A program made the position numbers and the translations under genes. Below, piece by piece: positions 1 through 13,495 of a stretch of DNA of 64,000 nt. Every line of letters starts with the position of its first letter. The first letter of the stretch is position 1. This DNA is from the human T2T-CHM13v2.0 reference genome, Homo sapiens. Location of the stretch: the NCBI RefSeq assembly GCF_009914755.1, contig NC_060930.1; one strand, given 5' to 3'. The notes beneath the pieces are model-generated. The model saw only the letters and a list, made by a program, of their open reading frames with translations, was not told the origin of the DNA and made no database searches.

Positions 1-524
1 CTGAAGTACGGACCACAGTCATGGAATAGTGTGAAGCCCTAAAGTAGTTCATAACCTCATTAACATGACATTTATAGCTGAGCTAAGCGATCATGAATAC
101 GAATGCAACAGAGAGACTGAGTGAGGACATTTCTACTGTGATGGTTGTATTCTGTATTGTGCACTAAAACTAATAAGGCTTATGATAAAACTAACAAAAG
201 CAATAACAATACCAAAAAAAGATTTGCACAAATATCCACAGAAATTTGCATCCTGCATCTTGGTCAGTTGATCCTTCTTGGAGATACAGATCCTTGAATG
301 TATTTGCTTCAAATACAATCTTGTTTGGATAAAAGTGAAAACTGGCCTCAAGTTGCAGCTTTTATTTTTCGTTTCTCTCTCCCTCTCTCTCCCTCTTTGG
401 AGTTTCTATGAGCTTCACTCAAAGCAGCTTCACCAAACAGCTTAACTTTGGAGAAAACTTGGCAGATCTGGAAACCACAAAATACCCATCACCTCTGCAT
501 ATTGCTAACATTTTCTCTTTATAA

Positions 525-555
525 AAGCTTGTTTCTGCATGTTTCAAACATGTTT
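525..555. promoter_or_regulatory. Candidate p53/p63/p73 response element (three tandem half-sites)
   Basis: AAGCTTGTTT (525-534, perfect RRRCWWGYYY), CTGCATGTTT (535-544, 2 mismatches in RRR), 1-nt spacer, AAACATGTTT (546-555, perfect). Motif match only. Confidence 0.4.
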
Positions 556-769
556 CTACACTAGGCAAAAGCACTTAGGAGCCAACCGTACTTTCCCATT
601 TTTATTTTGACATAATTTCCCTATTTTCTTGTCACTTATAACCTAACTTGCATAATAGAAATACATATTTAAATCCCTTCAGCTATTTGTTAGGTTATTT
701 ATCTCAACACCCTATACTATATACCTCATTATAAGTCCATGGTTCTTTTTGCAGACTGCATATGAGTTT

Positions 770-850
770 CTTAAATCTCTCCATTTGTAAATTTAGAAAA
801 CTTTTAGAACTTACCTAAGAGGATTGCTATGAGAATTAAATGAGTACAGA
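770..850 (+). mobile_element. MIR SINE fragment
   Basis: ccatttgtaaa...acttacctaagaggattgctatgagaattaaatgag resembles the MIR core. Confidence 0.6.
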
Positions 851-1467
851 TGTTTATGATCAATTTAGTAAAATATTTGTGATCATTATCATTAGCTTCT
901 GTAATGGAAAGATAGATTTCTACGTAAGCCAAACCTATCACATCTAAGTAGCTATTTTAAACACGTTGCATATGGAAACAAGATGGAAAACATTATATCA
1001 TGAATTTATGTTTTGATTATCAACATTATTAAATTTGCCCTTGTATGAAATATAATATTTAACCCCAAATCATTTTTTCCAGTATTTGAAAGAAGTTTAC
1101 TTTTGAGGGGAATGTGTTGAGTCTAAACTAATGCTAACATGACTGCTTATTTTTTACTGCCTGACACAAAGTTATGATTCAAAAATTATTATTCAAATAG
1201 GTTAAAAGCCAATTTAAGAATACAAAAAAATCTTAGAAAAAACTACTCAATTTTAATTTAGAGTCAAGAATAGAGTCTATACTACAATGGAATCTAGGGA
1301 AATTCTTGGCACACTTAAGGAATACTTCAATGTTCACTAACTCATCTCCTTCAAAAGTTATCATGAAACAAAAATGCAAGCAGAGACAAAGTGAATAAAT
1401 AATATCAAATGGTTACATTAAAGGAGAAATAGACTTAACTGTTTCATAAAGCAATAAATAATTTCAG

Positions 1468-1600
1468 CCATCTAATCAAATTCCTTTATTTTATAAATAA
1501 ATTGGAGTTCAGAGAAGTCAAATGACTTTCTCAAGTTTACATAGCTCATGGTAGGCAAGGTCTTAATTCCGAATGTTGTGTCCATCCATCTGTGATATCA
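1468..1600 (-). mobile_element. MIR SINE fragment
   Basis: ttttataaataaattggagttcagagaagtcaaatgactttctcaagtttacatagct resembles the antisense MIR core. Confidence 0.55.
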
Positions 1601-1896
1601 TGCTTCTATATCATGTCTAATAAGAAAAAGCACTCAATGAAGCATGCTACAAACATATATGCAATGATCAAGACTAAAATGTTGCTTATAAACCAAAGCA
1701 CAAAAGGTATTTTAAAAGTTTTTCTCCTCTTCATTAGTTAGGACAGCAATTACTCATAAGTAGCCAGTAGCAAATTAAAATATCTTATTTATTACATGTT
1801 GACCACCACTATTCTTCTTGCTTGTCAAGCCAAGATTCAGCCAAAATTTCCACATGAATGTAATTGTAACAAGAAAATAACACTGTAAATAACTAT

Positions 1897-2291
1897 TGTA
1901 TTAGACCATTCTTGCATTTCTATAAAGAAATGCCTGAGACTGGGTAATTTATACAAAATGAGATTTAGTTGCCTCATTGTTCTGCAGGCTGTACAGGAAG
2001 CATAGCAGCATCCACTTCTGGAGAAGCCTCAGGAAGCTTCCAATCATGGCAGAAGCCAAAAGGGGAACAGGCACATCACATGGTGAATGCAGGAGCAAGC
2101 AAAGGAGTGGTGGCCACACACTTTTAAAGGGCCAGATCTCATGAGAACTCACTCACTATTGCGAAGATGGCACCAAGTCATGAGGGATCTGCCTCCAAGA
2201 GCCAAACACCTCCCACCAGGCCCCACCTCTAGCACTGGGGATTACAATGCAACATGAGATTTGTGTGGGGGCAAATATCCAAACTATAGCA
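1897..2291 (-). mobile_element. MaLR solo LTR (MSTA/MSTB-type)
   Basis: TGTATTAG...CTATAGCA termini, typical MST body, and a 5-bp TSD ACTAT (1892-1896)/ATTAT (2292-2296). Confidence 0.9.
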
Positions 2292-3391
2292 ATTATTTTT
2301 AAACATTTGCCATTTCAATCAACACAATGTTTTAATTCATCTTCACTCATCTTCCATGTTTTGGTTATTAATTAGCAAGAGGTCTTACATTTGTATTACA
2401 TTTGGAAGTATGGGTAAAACATATACCCTTATTTAATTAGGAAATATTTATTTAATTCTTCATTGCAAAAATATCTTCAGTAGAAACTGAAAAATAAAGT
2501 GATAAGCTCAAAGCATTAATCCAACTATCTTTTTTTAGAACTAGAAGAGATTATATGAATTATTGAGTTTCAGTGTCTCTATTATTGAAGAAACTGTAAC
2601 ACAGAGATTATGCACAGCTGTAGGGATATGACGGCAAGAACAGAAATACACTTCTTATGTCTTTCTCATTCTTTCCTGAGATGGTCGAATATACCTTAAG
2701 TTATGTATCTAAAAATTTAAAGCCCCAGGATTGGGTTCTCAAGTTGATAACTGTATGACTGTAAGCCCAGAATGATTCTAATGATAATGTTTTCAATTCT
2801 AATCTACCTTTAGAAAGTGTAATAAATAAAATAGGATCTTAGACACTTGCAGTCAAGCTTATCTCAGCTTTCCACCTTAAACTGCATTTACTGAATTTGC
2901 TTTATATGTCACAAGCCAGGTCCCATCCAAGAAGAAAGAACAAAGCCAATGATTGAAATGAAACAGAAATCAATGATAAAAACGGGAGGATATGAAAAAA
3001 TAATTCTTTTAAAAGAAGCTTAATGTGCAAAAAATAGAAGTGCCATTTTTGAGAAGGAATAAATATATTATGAAGGTGGGTGTTTATAATGGATTAAAAA
3101 GAAGCTCAAGAAGCATAATTTACTAGAAACAAAAAACAAAGGTATATTTAACCACTGACACAGGAAGAATCTTCTTTCATGCATATAATTAGCCTGGAGG
3201 TTCTGATGGGAAAGAGATATAAGAATAAAAAGACATCTTTAATAAAAAAATAAGGAAAGTCATTTTTTGCTCAAATGTCAGATGGCAAAATCAGCAAGCA
3301 TAGGACTTCCCATACACCTAGGGCTCCCACCACCATAGGTAAAATAAAATGAGGAAAAAAGTCCTCCATAAGAACCTTGGGTTAGTAACTT

Positions 3392-3470
3392 ACGCACACA
3401 CGAACACACACATGCACACGTGCGCACACGCACCCCCCCACCCCCACAAACACACACACACACATACACA
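3392..3470. repeat. Imperfect (CA)n microsatellite
   Basis: Alternating CA/CG run interrupted by a C-rich patch. Confidence 0.85.
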
Positions 3471-5694
3471 ATTTGAGAGAAGGAAAAGGGCCATGGACAG
3501 GGACATTGCACACATTCCCATTCCCAACAGTGAATCAGTTCCCCAGGATGGGCTCCTGTTTCTAGAGCTCCTAACTGTCACCATCTACCTTCTTCTAATC
3601 CAGGCCTCTTCCTGATTCCATTTCCATGCACCCCTTCACGGACCAGTGGGTTAGGATTCTAAAAATCTGTCCTGTTCTAGTAGATTAGTTTAAAACTATT
3701 AGTGTCACAGAATTAAAAGAAGTGAAGAGGTAAACTTCACTAATGGGCCAAAATGAAAAAAAGACAGCAAATATTGAGAGATATCCATCTGTCCACCAAA
3801 GCCAGCTTTCTAACTTCAAATAAAGAGTATTTAGTATTAGAATCTAAGGATTATTAAATCTGGAATAACTGGAAATGAATCTGTTTTCAGATATATAAGT
3901 AGTAGGGTTTTTTTCCTACTAAGTATAATCACTGGCTTGGAGTTAATAACATATTTTGGCCAGATGTTCACTGGTACTATGACAAATTATAATTCATATA
4001 CATACATATTGTCTTCACATGCAGGTTACAGGATAAACAACACAGAAACACCCACATTCTGATGTCATGGATTGTTTCTTCTTGGGCTCAGGATAGCCTA
4101 CAGTACACAACATCATCACGAGAAATAGTTTCCATCATCTATCATTCACTGCACATCATTGAAAACTGAATGTCTTCCCATCTTACTAGTTTTCCTAAAA
4201 GCAACCATGGTGAGTAAATCCAAACAACTGATTTTCGGATGAAGAAACTGTGGCCTCTACCTGGAGGGCCCCACAAATCAACAACATAAATAAATTTAAA
4301 AGAATCTTCTTTGTGTTGTGGACATTCAAAATCCTCTTTTCTAGCCTTTGAAAACATACAATAAATCCCAAAAACGTGTACAATTATTGTGTCGACTAAA
4401 AATAGAAAGAAAAAAGAAGCAGTCTTCTGACTCCCCTACATTGCATATGATAATACTGATACACAATACCTCATTCAGTGGCTCACGTTATTCACTGATG
4501 TGGCTGAGGTTCTCAATTCATTTTTTATCTAGTAACCTTGAGATTTTACACCACTTAAGTTTTATTACCTGGAAATTACATCTAATTTATCTCCACAAAT
4601 ACATTGGAATCAAATAAATGTAATGTAAATCAGTAATCAGGTGGCTTTAGGACCGCCTTTAATTAGACCTGTGGTAATTTGTCTAACAAATACATCACTG
4701 TACAATCAAATTAATGTATATAATAAATTCTAAAGTGGCTCCTCTGCCATTGGAAGACTGCAAAGCATGCTGCATACCAAGTAGTATTAAAGGGTTCTCT
4801 GGCCTGCAGCTTTTCCACAATGAGTGTTTTTCCTCATTAGGGAGTTAGTCACCAACTCGTGTTCCATGCATGTTCCACCTCTTGTATGGGTAACCCAAAG
4901 CCACAACATGACCAAAGATTTCCCATGTAGCTTTTAAATGATGCTTTCTGCTAGTGATATCCTGCCCAGCCCACAGCCTTTCTGTTATTAAAAATTCTCT
5001 TGGACTTATTTATAAATTTCAAAGGCCCCCTTTTTCAGCCACAGCACTCCACCTGTGATGATGCAAGTCAGCAGAAGGAGAAAATTGATCAACAGCTCCT
5101 TCTTACACAAGAGACTCTGATATAGGGACAAAAGTATCAAATAGATTAATCCGTTCTAAGCACTTGAAGCTTCATAAACCTACATAAAGCAGGATCATAT
5201 GGAGAAGGAACAGGTCTGTCTTCAGCTCTCAAATGCATTTCCAATCTGCCTTTCCATTTATCAGAAGCATCTTTAGTAAAATGGAGTTAATACTTGTGTC
5301 TTTCACAATAAATTAATAACTCAGTTATTTTCTTCAAATACTCTTTACTCCAAAAATCCTTAAGACATCATGCTCTGTCAACTACTAAGGTGTTTTACTC
5401 ATTGGCTCTACTGGTAACTTGTTCAAAGCATACTCCTAGGCTGCATTCTCTTGAATTATTCAGATAAAAATGCTGCTGCCATTCTTTTTAGCTGCTCTAG
5501 AGGAAAAAAATGCCATTGCCCCATATTAAATTTTAATGATTATAAGCAGACTTCATTTAACATAGAATGAAGATTTTATACATGATATGGAAAATTATTT
5601 ATTTAATGTCTGGTATTATTGTTATAATTGTTACTATCTGTATTTAACACTATCATTTATTATCTGAATACCACAAACATGTACTAGAATAGGT

Positions 5695-5865
5695 CTTTCA
5701 TTTACATTATCCTACTTAATACTCAAAAGACAAAACCCTACGCTGAATATTTTAGCCCCATTTTTCAGAGGTAGAAACTGAGTTTCAGAGAGGTTGTCTA
5801 AAGATAATTGGTTCATTGACTGGCAGAACGGAACCCAGATTCATCTGACTCCAAAGACAGCATCC
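5695..5865 (-). mobile_element. MIR SINE
   Basis: ccccatttttcagaggtagaaactgagtttcagagagg...gaacccagattcatctgactccaaag. Confidence 0.75.
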
Positions 5866-5945
5866 TATCTATTCAGCAATGCTGACTCTGTCCACAAAAG
5901 TTTTGAAATATCTTATATTAGGATTTAAGAGCTCTGTTTCTCCAC

Positions 5946-6270
5946 TTCATTCAGTTATAAATTAAAGTATTTTCTGAGATTCCTAAGTGCCAGGCAAGAA
6001 GTAGAGACAGGTGGAGCAATGAAGAGAAAAACAGACCTGATTCCTACCCTAGTGAAGTTTACCAACCCATAATCACACAAGTAAATACAAATTGACAGCT
6101 GCGATGAGTGCTATGAAGAAAGAGTATGTATTTTTCAGGAAGATAGGTATTTGCAATATCTCTGGAGCAGTTGGGTGAAATGTATTTTCAATGAATGGTA
6201 AAGGCTCAGTGACCAAAGCTAGGCTGGGACAAGATGAGGCAGAGCAAAAGCATGTATGTGGTCAGGAATA
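5946..6270 (-). mobile_element. L2 LINE 3' end
   Basis: ttcattca...taagtgccaggc...acagacctgattcctaccctagtgaagttta is the antisense L2 tail. Confidence 0.65.
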
Positions 6271-7289
6271 GAGAAGGCCATGCCACGGGAACAAAAGGAG
6301 CTCTGCTATGAATCAGAAACTCAGGCTGCTAACATTAACTCACATCATTAACTCTCATGATTGTGTTTAGAGGATAAATTATTGACCTCCTCTTACCCAG
6401 GTGGAGATGGAAATTACAATGACTATCGAGTCCCGGAGCCAGGAAGCAGAAAGGCTGAGTTGATTTGGAGACTGCTTCATCTGAAAGTAGGCATGTTGTC
6501 ACCACGCTACGCTGCCTCAGAATTTGCCTTTTAGGCAAGCTGTTTTAGACAAACACACACAGGTGACCATCAGCTAAAACTTTTCAAAACTGATTAAGAA
6601 CTTTGTGACAAGTCTCCACTGAAAAATCTCTTGAAATGACAAGAGCAAAAGGATGAGGGATCTATTAAAAGTGCAAATCATTTTTCAAAAGTATCGCTGA
6701 TGTGAAATAACACTTGGATGTGAATTTGATAAACATACCAATCCTTGCCTCCTCTTTTTTCTTTCTAAACTTCAACTCAATGCACATCTTTGAAAGATTC
6801 GTTCAAATCACCTCAGTTCCAGGGAATGCTGACGTTTCATTGGAATTCTCTCAAATTGTTGCAGACTAGGAATCCAAACAAATGCCAAGTAACTATGTCA
6901 GTAAGAGTAGATGTAGCTGCAAATATTTCCAAGTGAGATAGTGCAACTTTGCATCTGCTGGAATACATTCATTTCTCCTTGCAATAGAAGTAAGTTTGAT
7001 CTAGGAAATGTGGCTTATTTATATGGAGATTTCTAATATCTCACAAAACTAACATAAAAGTGTTTATACAAGACCCATATCCTACACTTGTATAAAAATT
7101 CCTTGTAAGAAATCTTGTGCTTTGTTGTGCAAAATGTCTTCTAAGGCACATCACAGGAGTGCTGGGATCATGACCTAAGCTGCTTCAGACTCATTGTTTG
7201 AACCCCACTGGAGACTCTCCTACTGACCTCTCAGTCTCCAGATTAATACTTGCACTGAAATGACCCTGTTTCTTACCGTTATTTCTGAA

Positions 7290-7570
7290 AGGTTTCCTCA
7301 TTCCTTAAGGTCCAGTGTAAATAATTAATATTTTAGGAAGCCTCCCAGATGTCCTACAAATTATTTTTCTTCCCTACACTCCCATGAGACTTTTTTCTGT
7401 CTTTACTATTACACTTATTCCGGAGTGATGTATTAGAAATATGTCCTATCTCCTCTATTCACTGTATAAAAAATTCCTGAAGGTCACAGAAGGTACTTTC
7501 CCACCTTCCCTCAACACAGGGAAGTGTATTAACTGCACTTAGTGTACTAAGACTATATTTGTTGACTTGT
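7290..7570 (+). mobile_element. L2 LINE 3' end
   Basis: aggaagcctcccaga...ttcctgaaggtcacaga...tatttgttga. Confidence 0.55.
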
Positions 7571-8243
7571 AGACTCTTCTATCTTAATTATCTAATTCTA
7601 CACAGCCACACATTTGCTTTCTTGTGTATAACTGTATGTCTTATGTATATGACTTTGGAGATACAATCTATCATGATGAAAATTATCATATCGTTATCTT
7701 GAGGATAGCTAAATTCTTTGTCTGCCCATAGTACCTAAAAAAGTGCATTTAAGCTACTCTAAATTCTGAATATATATACACACAGACACACACACACATG
7801 CACACACACCTCAAAAAACATTTAAAACATTAAACTCTAGTCAAGCTAGACTGCTCTCTAGATTATAGGCACCCTCACATGTTCATACTTCTGTCTGTCT
7901 CTCTGGATTGTTGGCTAAGTTGTTTGATTAACTGTGGAATAGAGATTAGAAACCCAACAATTCTCTAAAAGTACTTGAAACACAAAACAAAATAATCTTT
8001 ACAACACTGTATTCAAATACTTCAGAGCTGATAGGAACCTTGGTGACTGTGGGAGAGCCTCTTAGCTTTATAGATGATAAAACCAAAGCCAGAACACAGA
8101 GAAGTACCTGTTATTCAATGATGAAATCAGGAGTCCTGACTTCCTGTCTGCTGCCCTAAAAGGTCTGATATTTGTAAAATATAACATGTTGACTACAATA
8201 ACTCAAGAAAATAGTTCCATAATTCAGAAACATTTGGTTTAAG

Positions 8244-8248
<5 letters not shown>

Positions 8249-8276
<28 letters not shown>
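8249..8276. repeat. (CA)n microsatellite next to an Alu tail
   Basis: Pure AC run. Confidence 0.95.
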
Positions 8277-8279
8277 GTA

Positions 8280-8541
8280 TTTTTTTCTTTTTTTGAGGAC
8301 AGAGTCTCACTCTATAGCCCAGGCTGGAGTGCAGTGGCACAATCATTACTGTGGCCACAAACTCCCAAGTAGCTGGGGCTACAGGCCTGTGCCAGCACGC
8401 CAGGCTAATTTTTTGTATTTTTAGTAGAGGTGGGGTTTCACCATGTTGCCTAGGCTGGCCTCAACTCCTGGACTCAAGGGAGCTGCCTGTTTCAGCTTCC
8501 CAACGTGCTGGAATTACAGGCATGAGCCACTACACTCAGCC
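8280..8541 (-). mobile_element. AluJ-type SINE with an internal deletion in the right arm
   Basis: Poly-T followed by cagagtctcactct...gagccactacactcagcc. About 30-40 nt are missing near 8355-8365. Confidence 0.9.
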
Positions 8542-8569
8542 CATATTTATTTTTCTGGGAAAAAAAAAC

Positions 8570-8905
8570 AACTTTATTAAGGTATAATTTATGTGATATA
8601 ACTTACATCTAATTTAATTATACATGTCTAAAAGTTTTGAAAATGAAAGCCACTCACTTTTAGAGAGCATTTTACTCTCACCAAAACATTTCATCAAAGG
8701 CCCATTTTCAGTCAATACCACTCCACTTTCTGAGTCTAAGTGACCACTCATCAGCCTTCTGTCATTTTAAAGTAGTTTTTGCTTGTTTCCGACTTTCATG
8801 TAAATGGAATCATTTGAACGTACTTTGTCTGACTTTTTTCACGTAGAACATTTTTTGTGAGATTTATCTATGCCATTGCTTATATTAGTAGTTCATTTTT
8901 TAAAA
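8570..8905 (-). mobile_element. Old L1M (L1MC/ME-type) 3' fragment
   Basis: actttattaaggtataattta...catgtaaatggaatcat...gagatttatctatg. Confidence 0.7.
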
Positions 8906-9009
8906 ATTAGCAAAACTTCAGGCTTTATTTGAATTTCACAAGTTTTCCATTAAAATCAGCTGATCACCACCATAGTGGTCAATTGGGAAGAAAAATACAA
9001 AGCACTGAT

Positions 9010-9245
9010 TTGGTAAAGAGTGTAGCTATAGAGTTAGACAAGTATAATTTGGACTGGCATTAATTTTTATTTTAATTCATACTGGCCATGTATGACTTCA
9101 GGGAATGTATTGACTTCCACGAACTTCAGATTCCTCATTTGTGAAATAAGAATGGCAATCCACAATGCAGAGTTGGTTTTCAGATTAATGAGATAATACA
9201 TGTGCCTGTTTAACTTAGCATAAGAACTTAATAAAAGTTTGCTAA
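9010..9245 (+). mobile_element. MIR SINE
   Basis: tgtatgacttcaggg...cttcagattcctcatttgtgaaataagaat...attaatgagataa. Confidence 0.7.
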
Positions 9246-9339
9246 ATAAAAGTATAAAATAAATAAGGAGAAAATACAGCAGACCAACTTAACATGAGAT
9301 ACTAAGAATTCACAGAAGATAAAACCAACATAATTGAAG

Positions 9340-9915
9340 ACATTCACTTATTAATTCAGCAAGTAATTATTGAATGACTGTTTTGTGCCAGGAATTGGTG
9401 CTAGGCATTCCGTATTGGCTCCATAAAATTTACACTCTAATATGAAACAGAAATGTGCGTCTGTGTGTGTTTGTGTGCAAATGGTGATGAATACAATGAA
9501 TAAAAATATAACAACCAGGTTAAAGGGACAGTGGTAGAGGATGCTATATTACATTAGATAGAGAAAATTATGTAAGGTGACATTTGCACACAAAATAGCT
9601 GTCCGGAATGAATTAAGGAAGCAAGTCACGGTTTGGGTGAAAGCATTCAAATTCAAGAGAAAAGCAGATTAAAACCCCAAGACTGGTGTGAGTTTAGTAT
9701 TTTGGAGGAAGATCAAGCAGTCCTATTGTGGAAGAGAAACACAGGCTGAAGTGCAGAGAACAAGGGTAACAGTCATAAGAAATGAGAAGGAGAAGTAACC
9801 AGAGGCCCAACCATGTAAAGTTGTACAGACAAGATGAAAGGTTTTAAATTTCATTCTAACTATGATGGGTCATAATGGAGTGACATGACCTAATTTATGT
9901 TTTAAAGAATCACCA
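9340..9915 (-). mobile_element. L2 LINE, 3' part (interrupted by an L1; continues at about 15410)
   Basis: cattcacttattaattcagcaagtaattattgaatgactg...gtgccagg and ggagtgacatgacctaatttatgttttaaagaatcac. Confidence 0.75.
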
Positions 9916-12414
9916 GTGTCTTCCATTTCTAACATAATGGCAGAAAAGATATAAAGAGAAACACATTCAGGTACAATACACTTTTTTAAAAAGAAAGCTA
10001 GGTGCAAAGTAAAAGAAATTTACAAATTTCAGAAATAATAAAAATCTATACTCTGTGCTTTGGAGCTGCACTTACTCTCAAATTGGCTGTCCATCTCTGG
10101 TAGATTAGAGTTTGGGCTTTAACAAGCTGAGTGTGCTGAGGACAGGACAAAAAATTGAGGAAGTCTAATTGGAGATCACTGATAACATTGGAGGCACAGG
10201 AGTGTAGCTTACTCAATGGCTCGGCCAGAAAATAAACCCTCAAAAAGAGAGACTATGGAGTCAAGACCAAGACCTGAATTTGGCAAAAGAAACAAATAAT
10301 TACTCATTGAGATTACAAGCTCACATTCACACAGGTTTGACTCTGATTTTATACTAGTCAAATGAGCCCAAAAAAGCACAAGCTGAAAATTTATCACCAT
10401 GTTTCTAACTTTTCCATACACCAGGCTGAAGCAAATAAATGAAGACACACAGAACTCAGAATTCAAATAATTTCCAGAGTTTCAAAAAATATGAGCTCAC
10501 AATGATCATTTACTATGATGTAAGGAAAAAAGCCAACATTACAACCATCAATAACAAAACCAAACTACAGAATCTGTGCCAAATTTAAAAAAAAGATATT
10601 GGAATTATCCAGTACTAAAATAAAGTAAATATTCTTACTATGTATAAACAAATAAGGGGAGCAATAAAAGCATGATGAAACCAGAAGAGTAACAAAATTG
10701 GCAGGTAGTTTTGAAAGAAACATAACAAAACAGAACTGTTGGACACAAATATACTAACAAAAACAATATCATGGATTAAGGGCAGATGAGAAAGTGCTGG
10801 AAGTAAACTAGAAAACACAACTAACAAAATTATGAGGCAACACAAAGACAAACAGATAAAAAAGAAATTATGGAAGAACAATGTGAAGGCCTAATATAAG
10901 ACTAACTGAAGGGCTAATATAAGACTAACTGTAGTGCCAGAAGAAAAGAATAGTAAAAGATAATGGTTAAGAATTTTTCAGAAATGAAGAAACAGTTCAA
11001 TTTGCAAATTCAGAAACTCCAATGAAACCTAAGTGAGAAAAATTAAAAAGAAATCCATACCAAGAAATATAGCAAAAATGCAAAACACAAAAGAAAAAAG
11101 GTATTATGAGCAGCTATCAATTTTTAAAAATATCATAAACAAAGTAAATATAATTAGACTGATAGCTAATTTATCAATGCCTATAATATCAGATGGAAGA
11201 ATGTTATTTTCAGAGATGAGAGAAAATAATTGTCAAAGTAGAATTCTGTACTGGCAAACAATCTTTCAATAGCAAGATTGAAATACAGATATTTTCAGAC
11301 CCTGTTAAAAAAGGGATTTTATTACAACTGCTTTATAAAAATGATTTCCAAGGAATCTACTTAAGAAGGAAAGAAAATGATCAAGAAAATATGTGCAGGA
11401 TTGAAAAAAGCATGATGAGCAAAGAAAATCAGGAAATTGGGCAATAAAGCTATACAAGTATTGACTACACTATTGAAATTATAATAATATTGCTATATAG
11501 AAAATAAACATAAAAAGTAAAAAAAAAAAAGAAAAAACATATATACTGGAAGTATTAACCTCCTAAATCAGTGCAGACAAAATTGACTTCACAGCAAAAA
11601 GGCCTAAGGATAGAGTTACATTGTAATGTTTCAATTCACAGGATGATAAAATTCTAAATCTTTGTGAACCTAATAACATTGATGCAAAATACATAAAGCA
11701 AATGTTTATAGACTTCAAGAAGAAATTGATGGATATGTCAAGATAATGAGAAAAATGTACACATTTCTGTCAATAATTGACGAAGTAGGGAAAACAAAAA
11801 TGATTTGAAAGATTTTTTTAAATCACAATCAATTCATTTTACTTAATTGGCATATATTGAACCACGACAGCCAGCAACTGGGGAACATTTTTTTTTAAGT
11901 ATACAGAACATTAAAAAAAACTGACAATCAACTATGTAAATTTTTTTTGACACATTTAATAAAATCTATATCATAAACTGGTATTTTTGGGCTACAAGTC
12001 AATTAGGTTAAGAAATAAAAATAAGTTAAAAACAACATATTTAGTAAAATTTTTTTCTTAATAATTTATGGGTTAAAGATGAAATTGTAATTGAAACTAG
12101 AAAATAATTAGAACTATATGATAATAAAACTTCTTTTAACTTTTTAGGATACCACTAAATCAATACTTAGGAAAATTTTATTCTTAAGTAAACTAATTTT
12201 GGAAAAGAAATAAAGCTGAAAATTAATGAGGCACATAAGACATTTGAAAAGAAAATATAGAATTAATATACATGAGAAAAAATTAAAGAAATATAAAATT
12301 TTAAAGCTACAATGGAGATGATAGGCAAGCAAAATTTGGCTAATATTAAGACTAATAAAATTGCTTAATATTTTGCAAAACTGATGAAAACATTAAAATA
12401 GAAAAGAGAACATG

Positions 12415-12749
<335 letters not shown>

Positions 12750-13192
12750 TTATAAATTCAGGGAAAATTAAAACATAATAAATAATAAAAGAGGTTTATG
12801 GACAATTTTAGGTCAGTATATTTGAAAATTTAAATGAAAAGAAATTCATCTTAAATAGAATTAACAATATTGTCTCAAGAATAAACAGAAAGTCTGAACT
12901 GTCTTAGTAAAGAAACTGAATCAGTTTAAAAAAAACTTTCCACAAAGAAAATACTAGACTAAAAATTTTTCCAGTCAAATTCTACCAACTTTTCAAGAAA
13001 TAGCTTATTCTAATTTAAAGGATATTGTGTGAAAATAGAAGATGCAATACTCCTGGACTCATTTTAAAAGGCTGGTATAATCTTGATTCTAAAATTAAGT
13101 AAGAACGATATGAGAAAGAACTACTGTAGATCAATATTTTTCATTACTGTAGAAATAAAAATGAAAAAAATTAAATTCCAAAATACATTTAC

Positions 13193-13495
13193 AGCTGGGC
13201 AAAGTGGCTCGTGCCTGTAATCCCAGCACTTTGAGAGGCCAAGGCAGGCAGATCACTTGAGCTCACTAGTTGGAGACCAGCCTGGGCAACATGGTGAAAC
13301 CCCATCTCTACAAGAAATACATAACATCTGTGTGTGGTGGCGCATGCCTGTAGTTTCAGTTACTCCGGAGGCTGAAGTAGGAGGATCACCTGAGCCAGGA
13401 AGCAGAGGTTGCAGTGAGCAGAGATTGTGCGACTGCACTCCAGCCTAGGCAACAGTGAGACCCTGTCTCAAAAAAAAAAAAGAAAAAGAAAAGGA
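13193..13495 (+). mobile_element. AluJ-type SINE
   Basis: Dimeric Alu with J diagnostics (gggcaacatgg, ggaggatcacctgagcc); degenerate TSD aaaatacatttac/aaagtccatttac. Confidence 0.95.

Noticed and set aside
3278-3615. ORFs with CVCV/HTHT runs (also near 25.8, 34.1, 48.4 and 56.5 kb)
   Set aside because: Translations of (CA)n/(TG)n microsatellites.
10615-10881. Very hydrophobic 88-aa minus-strand ORF
   Set aside because: It is the T-rich antisense strand of an A-rich L1 ORF1 remnant.
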